From Cyanophora paradoxa CCMP329 (lineage: Eukaryota > Plantae > Glaucophyta): 64,000 nt of DNA. A program made the translations under genes and the position numbers. The notes below the pieces were generated by a model. The model was not told the origin of the DNA and did no database searches. It saw only the letters and a list, made by a program, of their open reading frames with translations. This document shows positions 13,330 to 25,643 of this stretch, piece after piece (position 1 is the stretch's first letter; every line of letters begins with the position of its first letter). The DNA lies in the NCBI GenBank assembly GCA_004431415.1, contig QPMI01000113.1, positions 1 to 64,000 on the forward strand, written 5' to 3'.

Positions 13330-13335
13330 TAGCTA

Positions 13336-14279
13336 CCGTAGACAGTGCTGTCATCATGATGCACACGGCCGTCGAGTCATCATGATGCGTTAATTATGAT
13401 GCATCATGATCGATCATGACGTCTTCCCGCGATCAGAATCGTTTACCAGGGCATTTCACACACCTATTTCGCTGCGCGGGCTCTCTGCTGCGTTTCTAAT
13501 GCATCGCGACGTGTTTATGACTCATTCCTGACCAGTCTGGATAGATATTAGGCCCAGGGTTGGCCTGAAAGAGGCCCACACCCCCCTCTTCCCAAGATTT
13601 TTGAGGCAGAGGAGTGGTTGATCAACCTCCTTCAATGTCAAGATAGTGTGTTATGTATTTTAAAAGCTGTGTTAAGCGTCTCCGCGCCCATTCTCAAAGT
13701 GCGAATCGGTGCGATCTTGCATTGGTAGCGGCTAAGGGTGGTGCCCCCTGTACCCCCCACGGCACCACAGCAGCCTTTCAGCATCGTCAGAATCGCTCCA
13801 AACCTCCTCTGACTAGTATATACGGTGTCTTTTAGCTGTTTAGATCGCACAAGAGGTCGTTAAAACAGCGCAGGCGACCAGAAACACGAGATTTGTGCAC
13901 TGTATATGTACCCCCCCTTACATCATGATGACGATCATCATAATCCGAGGTCATCATGATGCGTTAATGACGTCCCATCATGATGGCGTCATCATGATGT
14001 GTGCATCATGATGACAGCACTGACCGTAGAACACTTAAGTAATGCGCGCACTTAATTAATATTAATGCGCCCCCTAATTAATGCGTTTTCCGCTAGCTGG
14101 CAAAACGCATTAATTCGGGGGCATTAATATCGAAACGCTAAGAAAACTGCGGAATGTACCCCCCTAACGCAGGCAGGAAGCTTCAAAACGCATTAATTTG
14201 GGGGCGCATTATTAGCCATACGAGGTTTTCGGGTCCAAAAACGCATTAATATCGGGCGCATTAATAAAGTGTTTTACGG
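13336..14279. mobile_element. Tc1/mariner(pogo)-type MITE whose left TIR is interrupted by a hAT MITE
   Basis: Removing the insert restores TA|CCGTAGAACACT...AGTGTTTTACGG|TA. Repeated AAAACGCATTAAT motifs inside. A truncated relative lies at ~12640-12830. Confidence 0.7.
13343..14022. mobile_element. Non-autonomous hAT element (680 bp)
   Basis: Perfect 24-bp TIR CAGTGCTGTCATCATGATGCACAC and perfect 8-bp TSD ACCGTAGA (13335-13342 / 14023-14030). Subterminal TCATCATGATG repeats. Confidence 0.9.
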
Positions 14280-14307
14280 TATAGTACTACCGTCACGCAC
14301 TTTAGTA

Positions 14308-14522
14308 CCGTGTAACACAATGACGGGCACTTTATTATGTCGGTACCAAATTATGTCGGTTCGGCCATGATCTAACGACATAATTTGGGACCGTCATAAA
14401 ACGGGTACAGTAAATTGCCCATACAATTAACCGCGCCCCATTCAGACAAACCTAAAAATTTCATGACGACATATTTGGGTCCGTCATAAAAAATTTGACC
14501 GTCATAATATAGTGTTACACGC
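14308..14522. mobile_element. Small TA-flanked MITE
   Basis: TA|CCGTGTAACAC...GTGTTACACGC|TA with internal CCGTCATAA/TTATGTCGG motifs. Confidence 0.6.
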
Positions 14523-14956
14523 TAATACACGGAGTGTACGTCTGAGACTCTGAGGCAGCAGTGAGGCTACGTATATATATACACTATTATATACAGCCTG
14601 TAGACTCTATAGCTAGTTTGTGGGCCAGTGGGGCCGAGGCCCCATGCACTGGATGCGGCCCCAGTAGGTACTACGGTACCCCCGAGGTCCCCGTCCCGCC
14701 GGGCCGCCGCGGGCGCCGGCGCCGGCATGATATCGATGCGCAGTAGCCGGCGCCGCCCGGGCCCGCCCCGGGCCCCGGCCCGCGACGCGCGCGCGCGGTC
14801 TCTCGCCGAGCTCGAGTCGAGCGAGCTCGCCGCACATCATCAGTGTATACGTACCGTTCTCTCTCTAGCCTAGTAGATCTCCGCCTGGCCAGGCCCGCGG
14901 CTGCGGTCTCTCTCCGCACGTACATGTACAATTCTAGGCAACATCTACGCAGCGAG

Positions 14957-15808
14957 ATGGAGCTTTCCGCCAGCGCCAGCACCAGCCGCTGCGAGACGCC
15001 CACGGCGCTGGAGAGCGACAGCGACTGCCGCTCGCTGCACAACAAGCCGTCCACTTCTCCTTTGGCTCGTCTCTTCAAGGCGCTAAATGTCGTGGCAAAC
15101 GATGTCTCAGCCTCTCCGCCCGCAAGCCCGCGGGCAGAGCCTTCGGTCGTCGATGAACCCTCGGCAGGCTCGGCCGTGAATGTCGATGTACGTTCGTTGT
15201 TCGAGAATTAATGCACGCACGCGGGCGCTTCGCTGACTCGGCTGTCGCAGTGCACCCTTCGTCGGCCCGGTTCGCCCGGGGCGCCGGCGCTACTGCCGCG
15301 GCCGACCCGCCGCCGCAAGTCCCTCGGCCTAGGCGACGCGCAGCTGCAGGCGCCCGCATCGACCGGCGAGCTGCGCGTGACCCTTGCGAAACGCAATATG
15401 CAGCGGCGCTCCTCGATACCCTCAGCCTTCATGCCGCCGGACTCCCCGGAGACTGCAGACCCGATCGCGAGCGCCTCCTGCGTCCTTCGCGCCAAGCGGG
15501 CAGCCGAGGCCGAGGCGGTCCCCTTACCCTTCGCTCTGCCCTGTCTTGAGGTTCCCCTCCGCAATCCAAACACCCGCGACGCCAAGACACTATACTGTGC
15601 GACCTATATATTCGGATGCATAATTAGATCTCTCGCCTCACATTTTCGGCGCAGGGACCTCCGCGCCCGAATGTTACGCCTACTCGGCTTATTACTCTCA
15701 GCACTCTATCAAGCGGCGCCTCTCGCTTCCTGGCTCCCCCGCGGACTCCGCCCGCTCGTGTTGAGCGCTGTAGCATACCGCAGTACCCCATCGGAGTTCT
15801 ATCGCTAA
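14957..15808 (+). CDS. Hypothetical protein (at least 2 exons)
   Basis: MELSASASTSRC...VNVD, then a GT-AG intron with CTGAC branch (~15188-15250), then an in-frame continuation to TAA at 15808. Confidence 0.4.
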
Positions 15809-16523
15809 CCCTTTTCAAAGTACAGATCTAGATCTCAGGTCACAGTTATATTAATTTCTTCGTGCTTACTAGTTAGTTTTCGTTTCGCGATCGCTTACCC
15901 ATGTATTTCGCGTCCTTCTGCACGCTTCTACGAGCCATCAGTCGCTAGTTACATATCTTCAAATGTGTTGTATTCTGGTTAGTATACGTATTGGGAATAT
16001 CTATAGCTAATGCGCACCAAGCTTCTGTGCTTGAGATGGACTTCTACTTCAGCTGGCACCGGCAATTGCATGTACATGCAGTTCGACTTGACATATAATC
16101 CTTGAATGTTCGCTAGCTGTTAACTAGCAGCACATCTAGATCTGTGGTTACCGTAGTACGCAGGGCGGCATTTAGTAGGCTACTAACGAAAAATCGAGTT
16201 CGAATTCGAATTCGCTCTATCGCGATCGGTCGAGTGCGGCCCTTGCCTTCTCCCGGCCGCGGCCCGCCTAAGCTTGAAGGCTCGGCCGTTCCGCCATGGC
16301 GGAACGGCCATGGCTGAATTCTTGAAGACACGGCCCCGCGGGTCGTGGCGATGTTATGATCAATTTAATTTGTGGAATTCGAATGCATTATGTGAAAATA
16401 AACCGAGCAATCGTTTGCTGCGGAGCCCGGTGGTCGCTGGTCATGATCAAGTCCACACGGGTATACGTACGCACACGTGCACGCACACGCGCTCGCGTGA
16501 AGGGCCCGGGGTGAACACGGGTT

Positions 16524-19500
16524 CTAGGCCCAGAAGGAGCCGCGGAGGAGGGCGCGGAGGAGGGCGAGGGCGGGGCGCGGCTGGTCCATCGGTACCATGT
16601 GCCCGGCCTCGCTCACCTGTGCAGCGCTCGCTCCAGTGCCGGTACTTTGCGCAGGCGGCGGCGCGCGGGGCCCTGTGTACCCGGAGAAAGGCCAGCGGAC
16701 CGGCGGCCTTGAGAGAGCCTGCGGGGCGGCCGGCGACGCGCCACTCTCGCGCCTCCGCCCCCGCGAAGGCCGCCTGCGCCCGCCCCGCGAGGCATCAGGC
16801 GGCGCCTGCTTCCAAGACGGGCGATCGCGAACGGCGCGCCTGGCCGCTCCAGCGCATGGCGCTTGTCCAGGCGAGGCCTCCCATCCAGTTGCAGACTGCC
16901 CGACCACGCCGCGGTCACCAGATTCATAAAAGCCGGCGGTGCGCGAATCGAAGGCCTGGGCCCGCGGCTCGCGCCAAGGCGGAGCGCGGCGCATGCGCAC
17001 TGAAGTCCTGCGAAGGGTCGCCGGGCGTGGAGAAGGCGGCAGGGGGAGCGTCCTCGTTAGAAGCCCTTGGGATTTGGGTACCCCGGTGCCTCGAGTCGGC
17101 CGGGGGTCGAGTTCGAGTGCGGACCTTGTCGCCGCTGGCGGGTCCGATCGGGGTCGTGATCAGAGGGCCGGGGGCGCGAGGCGGGAGAGGCGGCGAGGGG
17201 GCGCTGGCCGCCGGGGCGGGGGCGCGACACGAGCGCGAGCGCCGGTGCCGCTGGGATCGCGGTGCGGCGGCGCCGGAGAGGGGCGCACTTGTAGACGAGG
17301 ACGGGGACGGAGGCGTGCAGCAGGTCGGCCAGCGGCGCGCTCCAGTCCTGCCCCCCGCCCCACGCCGCCTCCCGCCCTCAGGAGGGTCATCGCGAGGCAC
17401 CGAGAGGAGGCGGCCTAGGAGCGGCAGAGAAGTAGGGCTGGGGGAGGGGACCGGCACGACGGGCCGCGCACCTTCGTCCAGTCGTCGTGCAGCTCGTCGT
17501 ACACCTGCGCTTGCGCATGCCCGCCCCGCCCCGCCCCGCTCGAGCCCCGCCGGCCGCGGGAGCGCCTCCAGACGCGGGCGGGGCGCGGGGGCGGCCTCGC
17601 ACGCGGCTCGAGCACTCATGCCAGCGCTCCGACCCCACTCCGAGCGCCCGCCGCACCTCCCCCCGCTTCCTTTCTCGCCGTCAGCGCCGGCGGGCGCGGT
17701 CACGAGACGGGAGCCAGGGGACGGAGGAGGGGGGGCCGCGGGCAGCAGATAGATTTAGAGCGCTTGCGGCCGGGGCTTTCTGCAAATAAGCGCATGATCA
17801 AGTGCGTGAACTGTTCGCTAGAGCTGGAGGTCCCGCCAGCTGCAGGTCGTTGCGGATCTAGGGCGGGGCGGGGCGGGGCGGGGCGGGGCGGGGCGGGGCG
17901 GGCGGGGCGGGGCGGGGCGGGGCGGGGCGGGGCGGGGCGGACGCGTAGCCAGCGTGCGATGTAGGCGTCCTTGTAGCAGAGGGGCCCCTCGCAGGGCCGC
18001 CGCACGTCGTAGATGTTGAAGTCGCCGCCCTCCCGCACGATCACTGCATGGCGCCGGACCGCCGTGCCCCCGTCAGCCGCCGCCATCCCCGCGAAGACGA
18101 GCTCGCGGGGTCTTCAGAAAGAGCTCGGCGTTAGAGGAGACGGTGGCGAGGAGGAGAGAGGGGGGGAGGAGGGGGGGGGGGGGGGGGGAAGGGGCGGGCC
18201 CATGGTGGTGGACTGGCAGTCGGCGAAGGCCTCGAGGCGCTTCCCGAGCGCGATGTCCGCCTCGCACTCCTTGTACCAGCCCTGCCGCCCGCGAGGCGCC
18301 ACGTCTCAGCGCCCGCCCCGACCACTGAGCGGAACGCGAGATCGGCGGCGGCGGCCGGTCGGGCCTTGGTCTTCTCGTAGACGCGCCGCCCAATGAGCTT
18401 GTTGCGGTACCTGCACGGCCGGCCGGCGCCGGGCGGCGATTGCAGTGAGCACGCGAGCGGGGCGATGGCGGCCGTCCATGGGCCGGGGCATCCCAGCGCA
18501 CGCGAACTCTGCGTAGGCGGGGTACTGCGCCGCCGGGTTCACCTGCGCCGGTCGGAGCGCCCTGAAGCCGAGACCGGCTGGGGCGGGAGAGGAGCAGGGG
18601 GCGGGGGAGGGGCGGGCTCAAGGCGGCACCCAGCCGTTGCCGATGGCGACGCCCTTCAGGTTAGCGAGGAGGTCGACCTCCCCGCGCGGGCCCTGCCGTC
18701 GCCCGTGTCTTGACTTCGACCCTTTGCACTGGGAGCGCGCACCTTGAGGATGCGGTGGGCCACGGCGGGGATGTCTGCGCGTGCCGTTCAGCGGCGGAGT
18801 ACGGAGTCAAGGCCGGGCGGGGGCCGGCGCGTACAGTGGCCGGCGTAGGACTCGCCCGTGAGGTAGAGGGGGCGCGCAGCCAGAGCCGGCCGGTCCCGAA
18901 GGAAGAGCTGTCGGCCGGGGCGGAGGCGTCAGGCCGAGGTCCCGAGGCCGCTGGAAGAGTCGCGCGGGGGCGCGGGGCTCGGTGGCGGTGAGGCCGCTCC
19001 GGAATTCGGAGGCCGAAGGCGGGAGCGTGCACGCGCCTGAAGGAACTCGTGCACGTCGTCCGCCACCTGCACCCGCGCGTCAGCCTCAGCCGCCGCGGGG
19101 CCGCCGCCATCTCGCCGCGCTCGCCTCGGCCTCGTTGCGAGCGTACTTGCGGTCCCCCGTCACCGTCGAGAAGCCCGTCCCTGCGGTTGGCAGCGGCGCC
19201 GGCCGGCGTCAGCAGAGCGTACCCCGGGGCCAGGCGCGCGCCCCCCGCACCGACGGGCTGGTCAAGGTAGACGACGTTCGCAATCTGCACGCACGCGCCG
19301 GGCGACCGTTCGGTGGCCCACTACTACTATCCCCTGAGGGCCCGGCATCTGCTCTACTATCCCCCTGAGGGCCCGGCACACCGGCACTGCTCTACTATCC
19401 CACTACTTCGGCGCCGGGCACTGCTCTACTATCCCCCTGAGGGCCCGGCATCCCCCGGGTACCAGCACGTAGCATGTGGGCGTGTAGCTACCGTGTAAAG

Positions 19501-20183
19501 AGCAATGATGACATGTGGCATCGTGCTCCGGGCTTGTTGCCTCTAGCGATCGTAACTCTAGCGATCGTAACTCTAGCGATCGTAACTCTAGCGATCGTAA
19601 CTCTAGTGACTCTAGCGGTCGTAACTCTGGCGATCGTAATTTTCCCGATTGTGACTCTAGATCTGGCGATCGTAATTCCGCCCAATTCGCTATCTAGCAG
19701 CGCGCGCGCGCCTCGTTCCACGAGTACGGGTTCCGAACGAGCGTCCCGTTGTGTTGCAGCGTGAAGGGGCCATTCTCCGTGAGCAGCGCCAGCTCCGACG
19801 AGCACCCCGGTCCGCCTGCGGCGGACCGACGCGCGCTCATCAGCGCGCTGGTCGGCCTGCAGCTACGCAGGCGTGGGTGCCTGTGAGCCAAAGGACGATG
19901 GGATCGCGAGCGGGGGCGGAGCGCGAGCCGAAGAACCAGAAGAAGAGCTTCCCGGCCGCTGCGAACGCGTACATGTGCGTGCGCCCAAGGCGGAAAAGGT
20001 CTAGATCTCGTCGCCAGGCAACGGCGGAGCGCCAAGCGCACCGTGCGTCCCGTCCTTTACGGAGTAGAAGCCAGTTTCTTGGATGGGCTCCGGCAGGATG
20101 CTCTGCAGCGAAGGAGGCGTGTCCGCGTTGACAGCGCCCAGTTGCAGGAGCGCGAGGACGGCGCAGGAGAGCAGGAGCGCCAT
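16524..20183 (-). CDS. Serine carboxypeptidase, family S10 (secreted/vacuolar), many exons
   Basis: Signal peptide [16 protein letters not shown]. Motifs WLTG|GPGCSS, ENGPF, NPYSWN, YLDQPVG, TGESYAG (Ser), IGNGW, YNGDKDFICNWMG (Asp) and [10 protein letters not shown] (His). TAG at 16524. Confidence 0.92.
19320..19450. repeat. Intronic minisatellite, ~31-bp unit CTACTATCCCCCTGAGGGCCCGGCA
   Basis: About 3-4 imperfect copies inside an expanded carboxypeptidase intron. Confidence 0.75.
19541..19680. repeat. Intronic 15-bp minisatellite CTCTAGCGATCGTAA
   Basis: Four perfect copies plus degenerate ones. Confidence 0.9.
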
Positions 20184-20601
20184 CTTTTTTTCTTTAGGGG
20201 GGTAGAGGGAGCGCGTGCTAGCTGCATGTTGCGCCGGAGTAGCCGGCGTCAGTCGGACAGCACATCCTGATGATTGTATCGGAGCCGCCTTTTGCCGCAA
20301 GCTGGTAGATTCCGGACGAGGTTGAATCGCTGGCGTTCGGGCGGCTGGAGTCGTCAGCGGTGACTGGCTGCTACCGGTAGCGGTGACTTTGCGTGCCGGC
20401 GCCAGCTTGTCGGGGCGAGCGTCCAGGGTCGAGCCTGCGTGCCACGTAGCCGGGCGTGTTCATTGCCTCTGTTGCCGGGCCACGCGCTCCGGGCGGCAGG
20501 CGCCTCGCGACTGAGTTTGGTGGTTCAGAGGTATCTTCTCGAGAAGAGGGAGCCCGCCGCCGGACGGGGCCCGGCCCCCGGCCGATCGAGACAGCGACGC
20601 C

Positions 20602-21796
20602 ATGCCACAAGTTTCTCAGCCCGAGTTCGTCCTCGTGAAGCGGAGCAACAGCATCATCGATCCCAACACGGGCTCGCTCTTCGCGCCCATCCCCTACACA
20701 GTTGCCTACGATGAGGACGGCGGTGGCGCCGTCTACTCGTACGACAGCATCCTGAAGCTGTACAAGTGCGGCGCCTTCTTGTATTTGCCCGCCCGCCTGC
20801 TCTGATCGGGCTGATCCCACGCGCGCAGGTACAAACTCCGGTTCGCGTGCGAGGGCCCCCGCGTGCCGCGCGCCCCGGCATCCTGACGCCACCGCGCAGC
20901 GCGGTGGACCGGCAATGGGCGGGAGCGTGCATCCACGTGGATATGATGCTCTGGGGTGCGCCGCGCTGCGGCCGCGGGGCCCGGCGCTCGGTTTCGAGGG
21001 GGCGGCGCAGGGGACGAGAACCAGCTGATGCACGAGGAGGTGATGCTGAACGAGAAGAAGGAGGGCGCCTTCATGCTCTTCCGCGTGCGCCGCCCCGCCC
21101 GCCGGGCGGCCGGCCCCGGGCCGGGGAGGGCCGACCGCCGGCAGCCGCCGAACGAGCGGAACGGGACGCCGGCGCACAGCTTCGAGTGCGTGCTCGACAA
21201 GTACGGCGAGACGGAGCAGTTCTCCCTCCTCGCCTGCAGGCCCGCCCCGCCCCGCCCCGCCCCGCGCGCCCCGCCGGCCTCACGCGCCGGGGCAGCCACA
21301 CGTACCGCGGACAGTGGTTCCAGCTGCGCATCACCTGCCAGGGGATGTCGCCGGCGGGCACAATCCGCATCAAGACCCGCACGCACGCTGTCAAGTCCAA
21401 GGGCGGCAAGGCCGAGTCTGACGCCGCCGCGTGCGCCCGCCCTGCCCCGCCCCGTCCCGTCCCGCCCCGCGCGCCGCTGCCGGCGAGCATGCCCGCCGCC
21501 GACGGCGAGGGGCGGCAGGAGCGAGAACGAGGGCTCCGTCCGGGGCGGCGCGCTGTCGGCGAAGATGCCGAAGCGGCGCAAGGTGCCGGCGGCAGTCGCG
21601 GAGACGGCGTCGGGCGGCAGCGGGCCCCTCCCGCCCCCTCCTCCTCCTCCTCCGCGCGGGCGCCCTCGGGGAGCCCGCGGCGGCCGCGCAGGCCTCGCCG
21701 CTGCCGCCGGCGGTGAGCGCGCGGCGCACCTCGCTGCCCCCGAGCTCTACTCCGGCGTCGCCGCCCTCGAGCCCGTCGTCTGGGGCGACCCCGCCC

Positions 21797-21836
<40 letters not shown>

Positions 21837-24800
21837 GGGGTGGCCGCTGCTGGCGCTGCCGCAGATCGGCTCGCCGGAGACGAGCGTGGAGGAGGGGGGG
21901 ACGCCGTTCATCAGCGACCACCCGACGCCGTCGGAGGGGTCGGTGATCTCGCCGCCCGTGCGCGCCCTCGTCTCCCCGGGGGACCTGCTCCCCTGGCTGC
22001 CCCACCCGCACGCCGAGCTCGACGTCGACGCCGCCTCCCTCCTCGCCGACCCCCTCAACCCCGCCCTGCCCCTCCCCGTCCCCCTCCCCGTCCCCGTGCC
22101 CGCATTCGCGGGGCAGGAGGACCTCGAGCTCCCCGGCGTCCCCTTCGACCTCCCGCCGGCCGTCCCCGCGCCCTTCGCCCCCGCCGCCGCCCCGCTGCCC
22201 CTCGTGGCCCTGCCGCCCCAGTCGGAGGTCCTCACGCTCACGGCGCACGGGCAGCGGCGCTCAGTGCTCGTTTCCCGCGAGGAGCTGCAGGAGGTGGCGG
22301 CGCCCATGCCGCCGCCCCGCGCCGCCGCGCCGCCGCCCCTCACCGTTACCGCCTCCGCTCACTCCCCCTCGGACCGCGCCGCCGCCGCCGCCGCCGCCGC
22401 CGCCCTCCCCGCGCGGCGGCCGGGGGCACGGCGGCGGGCCCGTCCGGCTCGGGGGCCGGGGTGCAGCGGCGCTTCTCGGGGGGCACGAGCGTGCTGTCGC
22501 ACCTCTCGTGGGGGGAGGACGTGGTGGAGACGCCGCACGTGGCGACGCCCCTCCACTCCTACGTCTTCAAGAAGTTCGAGAATATCGCGGAGCTCGGCGG
22601 CCTCCACCGCGCCCTCCGCCACGCCTCCCGCTCCGGCTCCGCCAGCGCCCACCCGGCCTCCCTCTCCAACTCCCTCCCCTCCCGCCGCGGCCAGCAGCAG
22701 CACTTCCTTGAGGTGCCGGGGGTGAAGGAGGAGGAGGGGGCGGTAGCGGAGGGCGGCTCGGGGGACCCGCGGCGGGAGGAGCTGCGGCGGGGCCTCGCCG
22801 AGGCGATGGCCGACCTCGACAAGCTCCACCTCGACGACCCCGCCGCCGCGTCCGCCCCCGCCCCGCCCCCGCCCCCGCCCCGCCCCTCACCTCCCGCCGC
22901 CCAGCGGCGAGCTGGGGGCGCGCGGGGGGCGCCCCACGCGGTGCTGCACCCGCGCACGGACATCCCGGCGCCCTTCTCCATGCCCCCGAGCTCGAGCGGG
23001 AGCTCCTCGTGCGTGCACCCGCCCCGCTGCCCGCGCCGGCCGGGTGCCGACGCCGGCGGGGCGGCAGGCGCGGGTCGCGGAGGCGGAGGCGGCGGGGGAC
23101 GCGCTGACGCTCGCCTCGCTGCTGGCGGACCCGCGCATCCTCTCCACGCCCCTCTTCCGCCGCCGCTCCGGCTGGCTCCGCACCCGCCGCCTCCTCCACG
23201 TCCGCACCCGCCCCGCCCGAGCCCGCCCGCCCTCCCCGCCCCGCCCGAGCGAGCTCGCAGATCGTGCGGGTGGCGAGCGGGGGCGCCGGGGGCAAGGCGG
23301 TGCCGCCCGTCTCGGGGGTCTTCCTCTCGCTCTGCGCCGCCGTCATCAACTCGCCGGCCTCGTTCGCGAGCCCCGAGCTCGCGGAGCGCGCGTGCGAGAA
23401 CTGCTGGAACCTCCTCACCGTCTTCACCTCCGACTACCCCCTCGCCAGGTCCGCCCCGCCCCGCCCCCCGCACCGGGCGGGGCGGCTCTGAGGCGGGGGC
23501 AGCGTGGACCTGTTCGACTGCGGGTGGAACGAGGCGATGCGGCTGCTGAACCGGGCGGCGGGGATCGCGGCGGAGGCGTGCAAGGCCTGGGCCGCCTCCT
23601 CCGAGGCCGCCGCCCTCGCCGGCGTCCTCGTCGTCCGCTCCGGCGCCCGCCTCGCCCTCACCCTCCGCCAGGCCCGCCCCGGCCCCGCCCCCCGCACCCC
23701 GCCCCCCGCCCGCCGGGGCCCGACGCGGGGGGGCAGTTCGGGAAGCAGGAGGAGGCGCTCTCGGTGCTCTTCGAGGCGTGGTCGACGCTGCTGCGGCTGC
23801 GCGTCGGGCCGAACCGCCTCGAGGGCGAGATCCTCCGCGACCTCGCCGAGTGCCACGGCGCGCCCCGCCCCGCCCCCCCTCCTCTGCGCCCCCCCGCCCC
23901 CGCGCTGAGGCGGCGGCGGGGGCAGTGGCGCTGGGGAAGCTGGAGATGGCGGAGCACTTCGCATCGCGCATGTACTGGTTCCAGGAGAACGACGACGACC
24001 GCCTCTTCCAGGCCACCTGCATCCAGGCCCAGGGTGTGCCCCCCCCCCCCCCCCCCCCCCCCGCCCCCGCCCGCGTCTGACGCCGCGCCCCCGCCCCCGC
24101 CGCCCGCCGCCCTCCCTCACCCCTGCCCAGGGTACATCGCGTTCAACCAGAAGCGGCCGAAGCGCGCGGCGGCGCTCTACACCGCCGCCTGCGAGGCCCG
24201 CCGGCGGCTCCGGCCCCGGCCCTCTCCGCCCTGACCCCGGCCCGCGCAGCTGGCCGAGGCGCTCCCCGCCGACGACTACCGTCGCATGTACACGCACCGT
24301 GCGCCGCCCCGCCCCGCACCCTCTCCCCCGGCCCCCGAGCGCGGGGCGGGGCAGGGCTCTACTGGAGCCGGGCGCTGGCGCTGGCGGCGTCGGGGAAGAT
24401 CGTGGGGGCGCACAAGGCCTTCCGGCGGGCGGCCTCGCTGCAGCGCCGCCACCTCGACATCAACTCCTCCGACTACGACGTCGTCGGCTGGCGTCCGCCC
24501 CGCCCCCCTCCCGCCCCCGCCCCCGCTCCCTCCCCTCACCCGCCCCCCGCGCAGTGGGGACGGCGGCGGTCGAGACGAACCGCCTCGCGGACGTCACGCG
24601 CCACGTGTACGTCTTCAGCGTCCTCATGCGGGTGCCGTACCCCCACCGCGCCCTTGCACCCCCCTCTGCGACTCAGGGGGCGGGGGTCAGACGATGGAGG
24701 CGCGGGCGGAGGAGCCGCGGACGGCGCACGCGATGTTCCACGTGGGCAACTTCTACGCGCTGGACGGCAAGTGGAAGAAGGCGCTGCAGCACTACGCCAA

Positions 24801-25330
24801 GGCGGAGGCCCTCTACCGCGACTCCCCCGCCCTCGCCGCCTGCTTCTCCCCCGCCCACACCCGCCGCCGCCGCCTCCTCCAGGCCATCGCCGAGGTGCGG
24901 CACCTGGCGGCGGGGAGCGCCGGCCCCGCCGCCGTCGCCCCCGCCGGCTCCGAGGAGGCCCTCGTCTCCGCCATCCGCAGGGCCTACTGCCCCTTCCCCG
25001 CCTCCGCCCCCGCCCCGCCCTCCGCCCTCCTCCCCGGCCCCGGCCCCGCCCCGCCTCCCCCAACCACGCCCGCACTCCGAGGCCGACGCCGCCGCCGCCG
25101 CCTCGGCCGCGGCGCTGGCGTTCGCGGCGCCGCAGCCGCAGCCGCAGCCGCAGTCGCAGCCGGGGCGGACGGCCCGGACGCCGGCGCTGCATCTGGCCGG
25201 TCACAACTCCTCCTCGGGGAGCGTCGACTACAGCATCCGCGGCGAGAGCGCCATCTCCTCCCTCCCCTCCCTCGCCCCCGAGGCCGGCCACGCCTCGCCC
25301 TTCATCCCGGGGCCCATCGTCATCGCCTAA
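20602..25330 (+). CDS. Multi-exon protein with an N-terminal beta-rich (possibly Ig-fold DNA-binding) domain, a basic NLS-like motif and C-terminal TPR-like helices
   Basis: Exons MPQVSQPEFVLV, DENQLMHEEV, SHTYRGQWFQLRITC, KMPKRRK and AHAMFHVGNFYALDGKWKKALQHYAKAEALY (TPR-like). TAA at 25328-25330. Confidence 0.55.
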
Positions 25331-25363
25331 AAATCATAATATAATTAGTACATTGCGCTGAAG

Positions 25364-25643
25364 TATTGCCTCACGGCTTTATGCCGTCAGGAGCCGGCGC
25401 CCCGAGTCTCGCTACTCGCAGTGCTTGGCCTTAGTCTCCGCAGCGCTCACATTGAGTGCGCCGATTGGACCCCCACTACTTTTCATGTACCCTTCCCGGG
25501 CTCACACCCCGGGTGATACACTTGTACCCTGTACTTGTGCTTGCTCCTGGAATACCAGCTCTGCTCGCTCTCGCCGCCAGCTTGCTAGAACTGCACAGCA
25601 CGCATGGCTAAGCCTAGCCGCACCATAAACTAGGCTCTTCTGA
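25364..25643 (+). repeat. 5' LTR (280 bp)
   Basis: TATTGCC...TCTTCTGA; identical by eye to 39939-40218. Confidence 0.95.

Noticed and set aside
19474-19805. ORFs with IVTLA / SSDRN / ARVTI repeats, or a CRISPR-like array
   Set aside because: These are translations of a 15-bp intronic minisatellite. There are no unique spacers or cas genes, and the context is eukaryotic.
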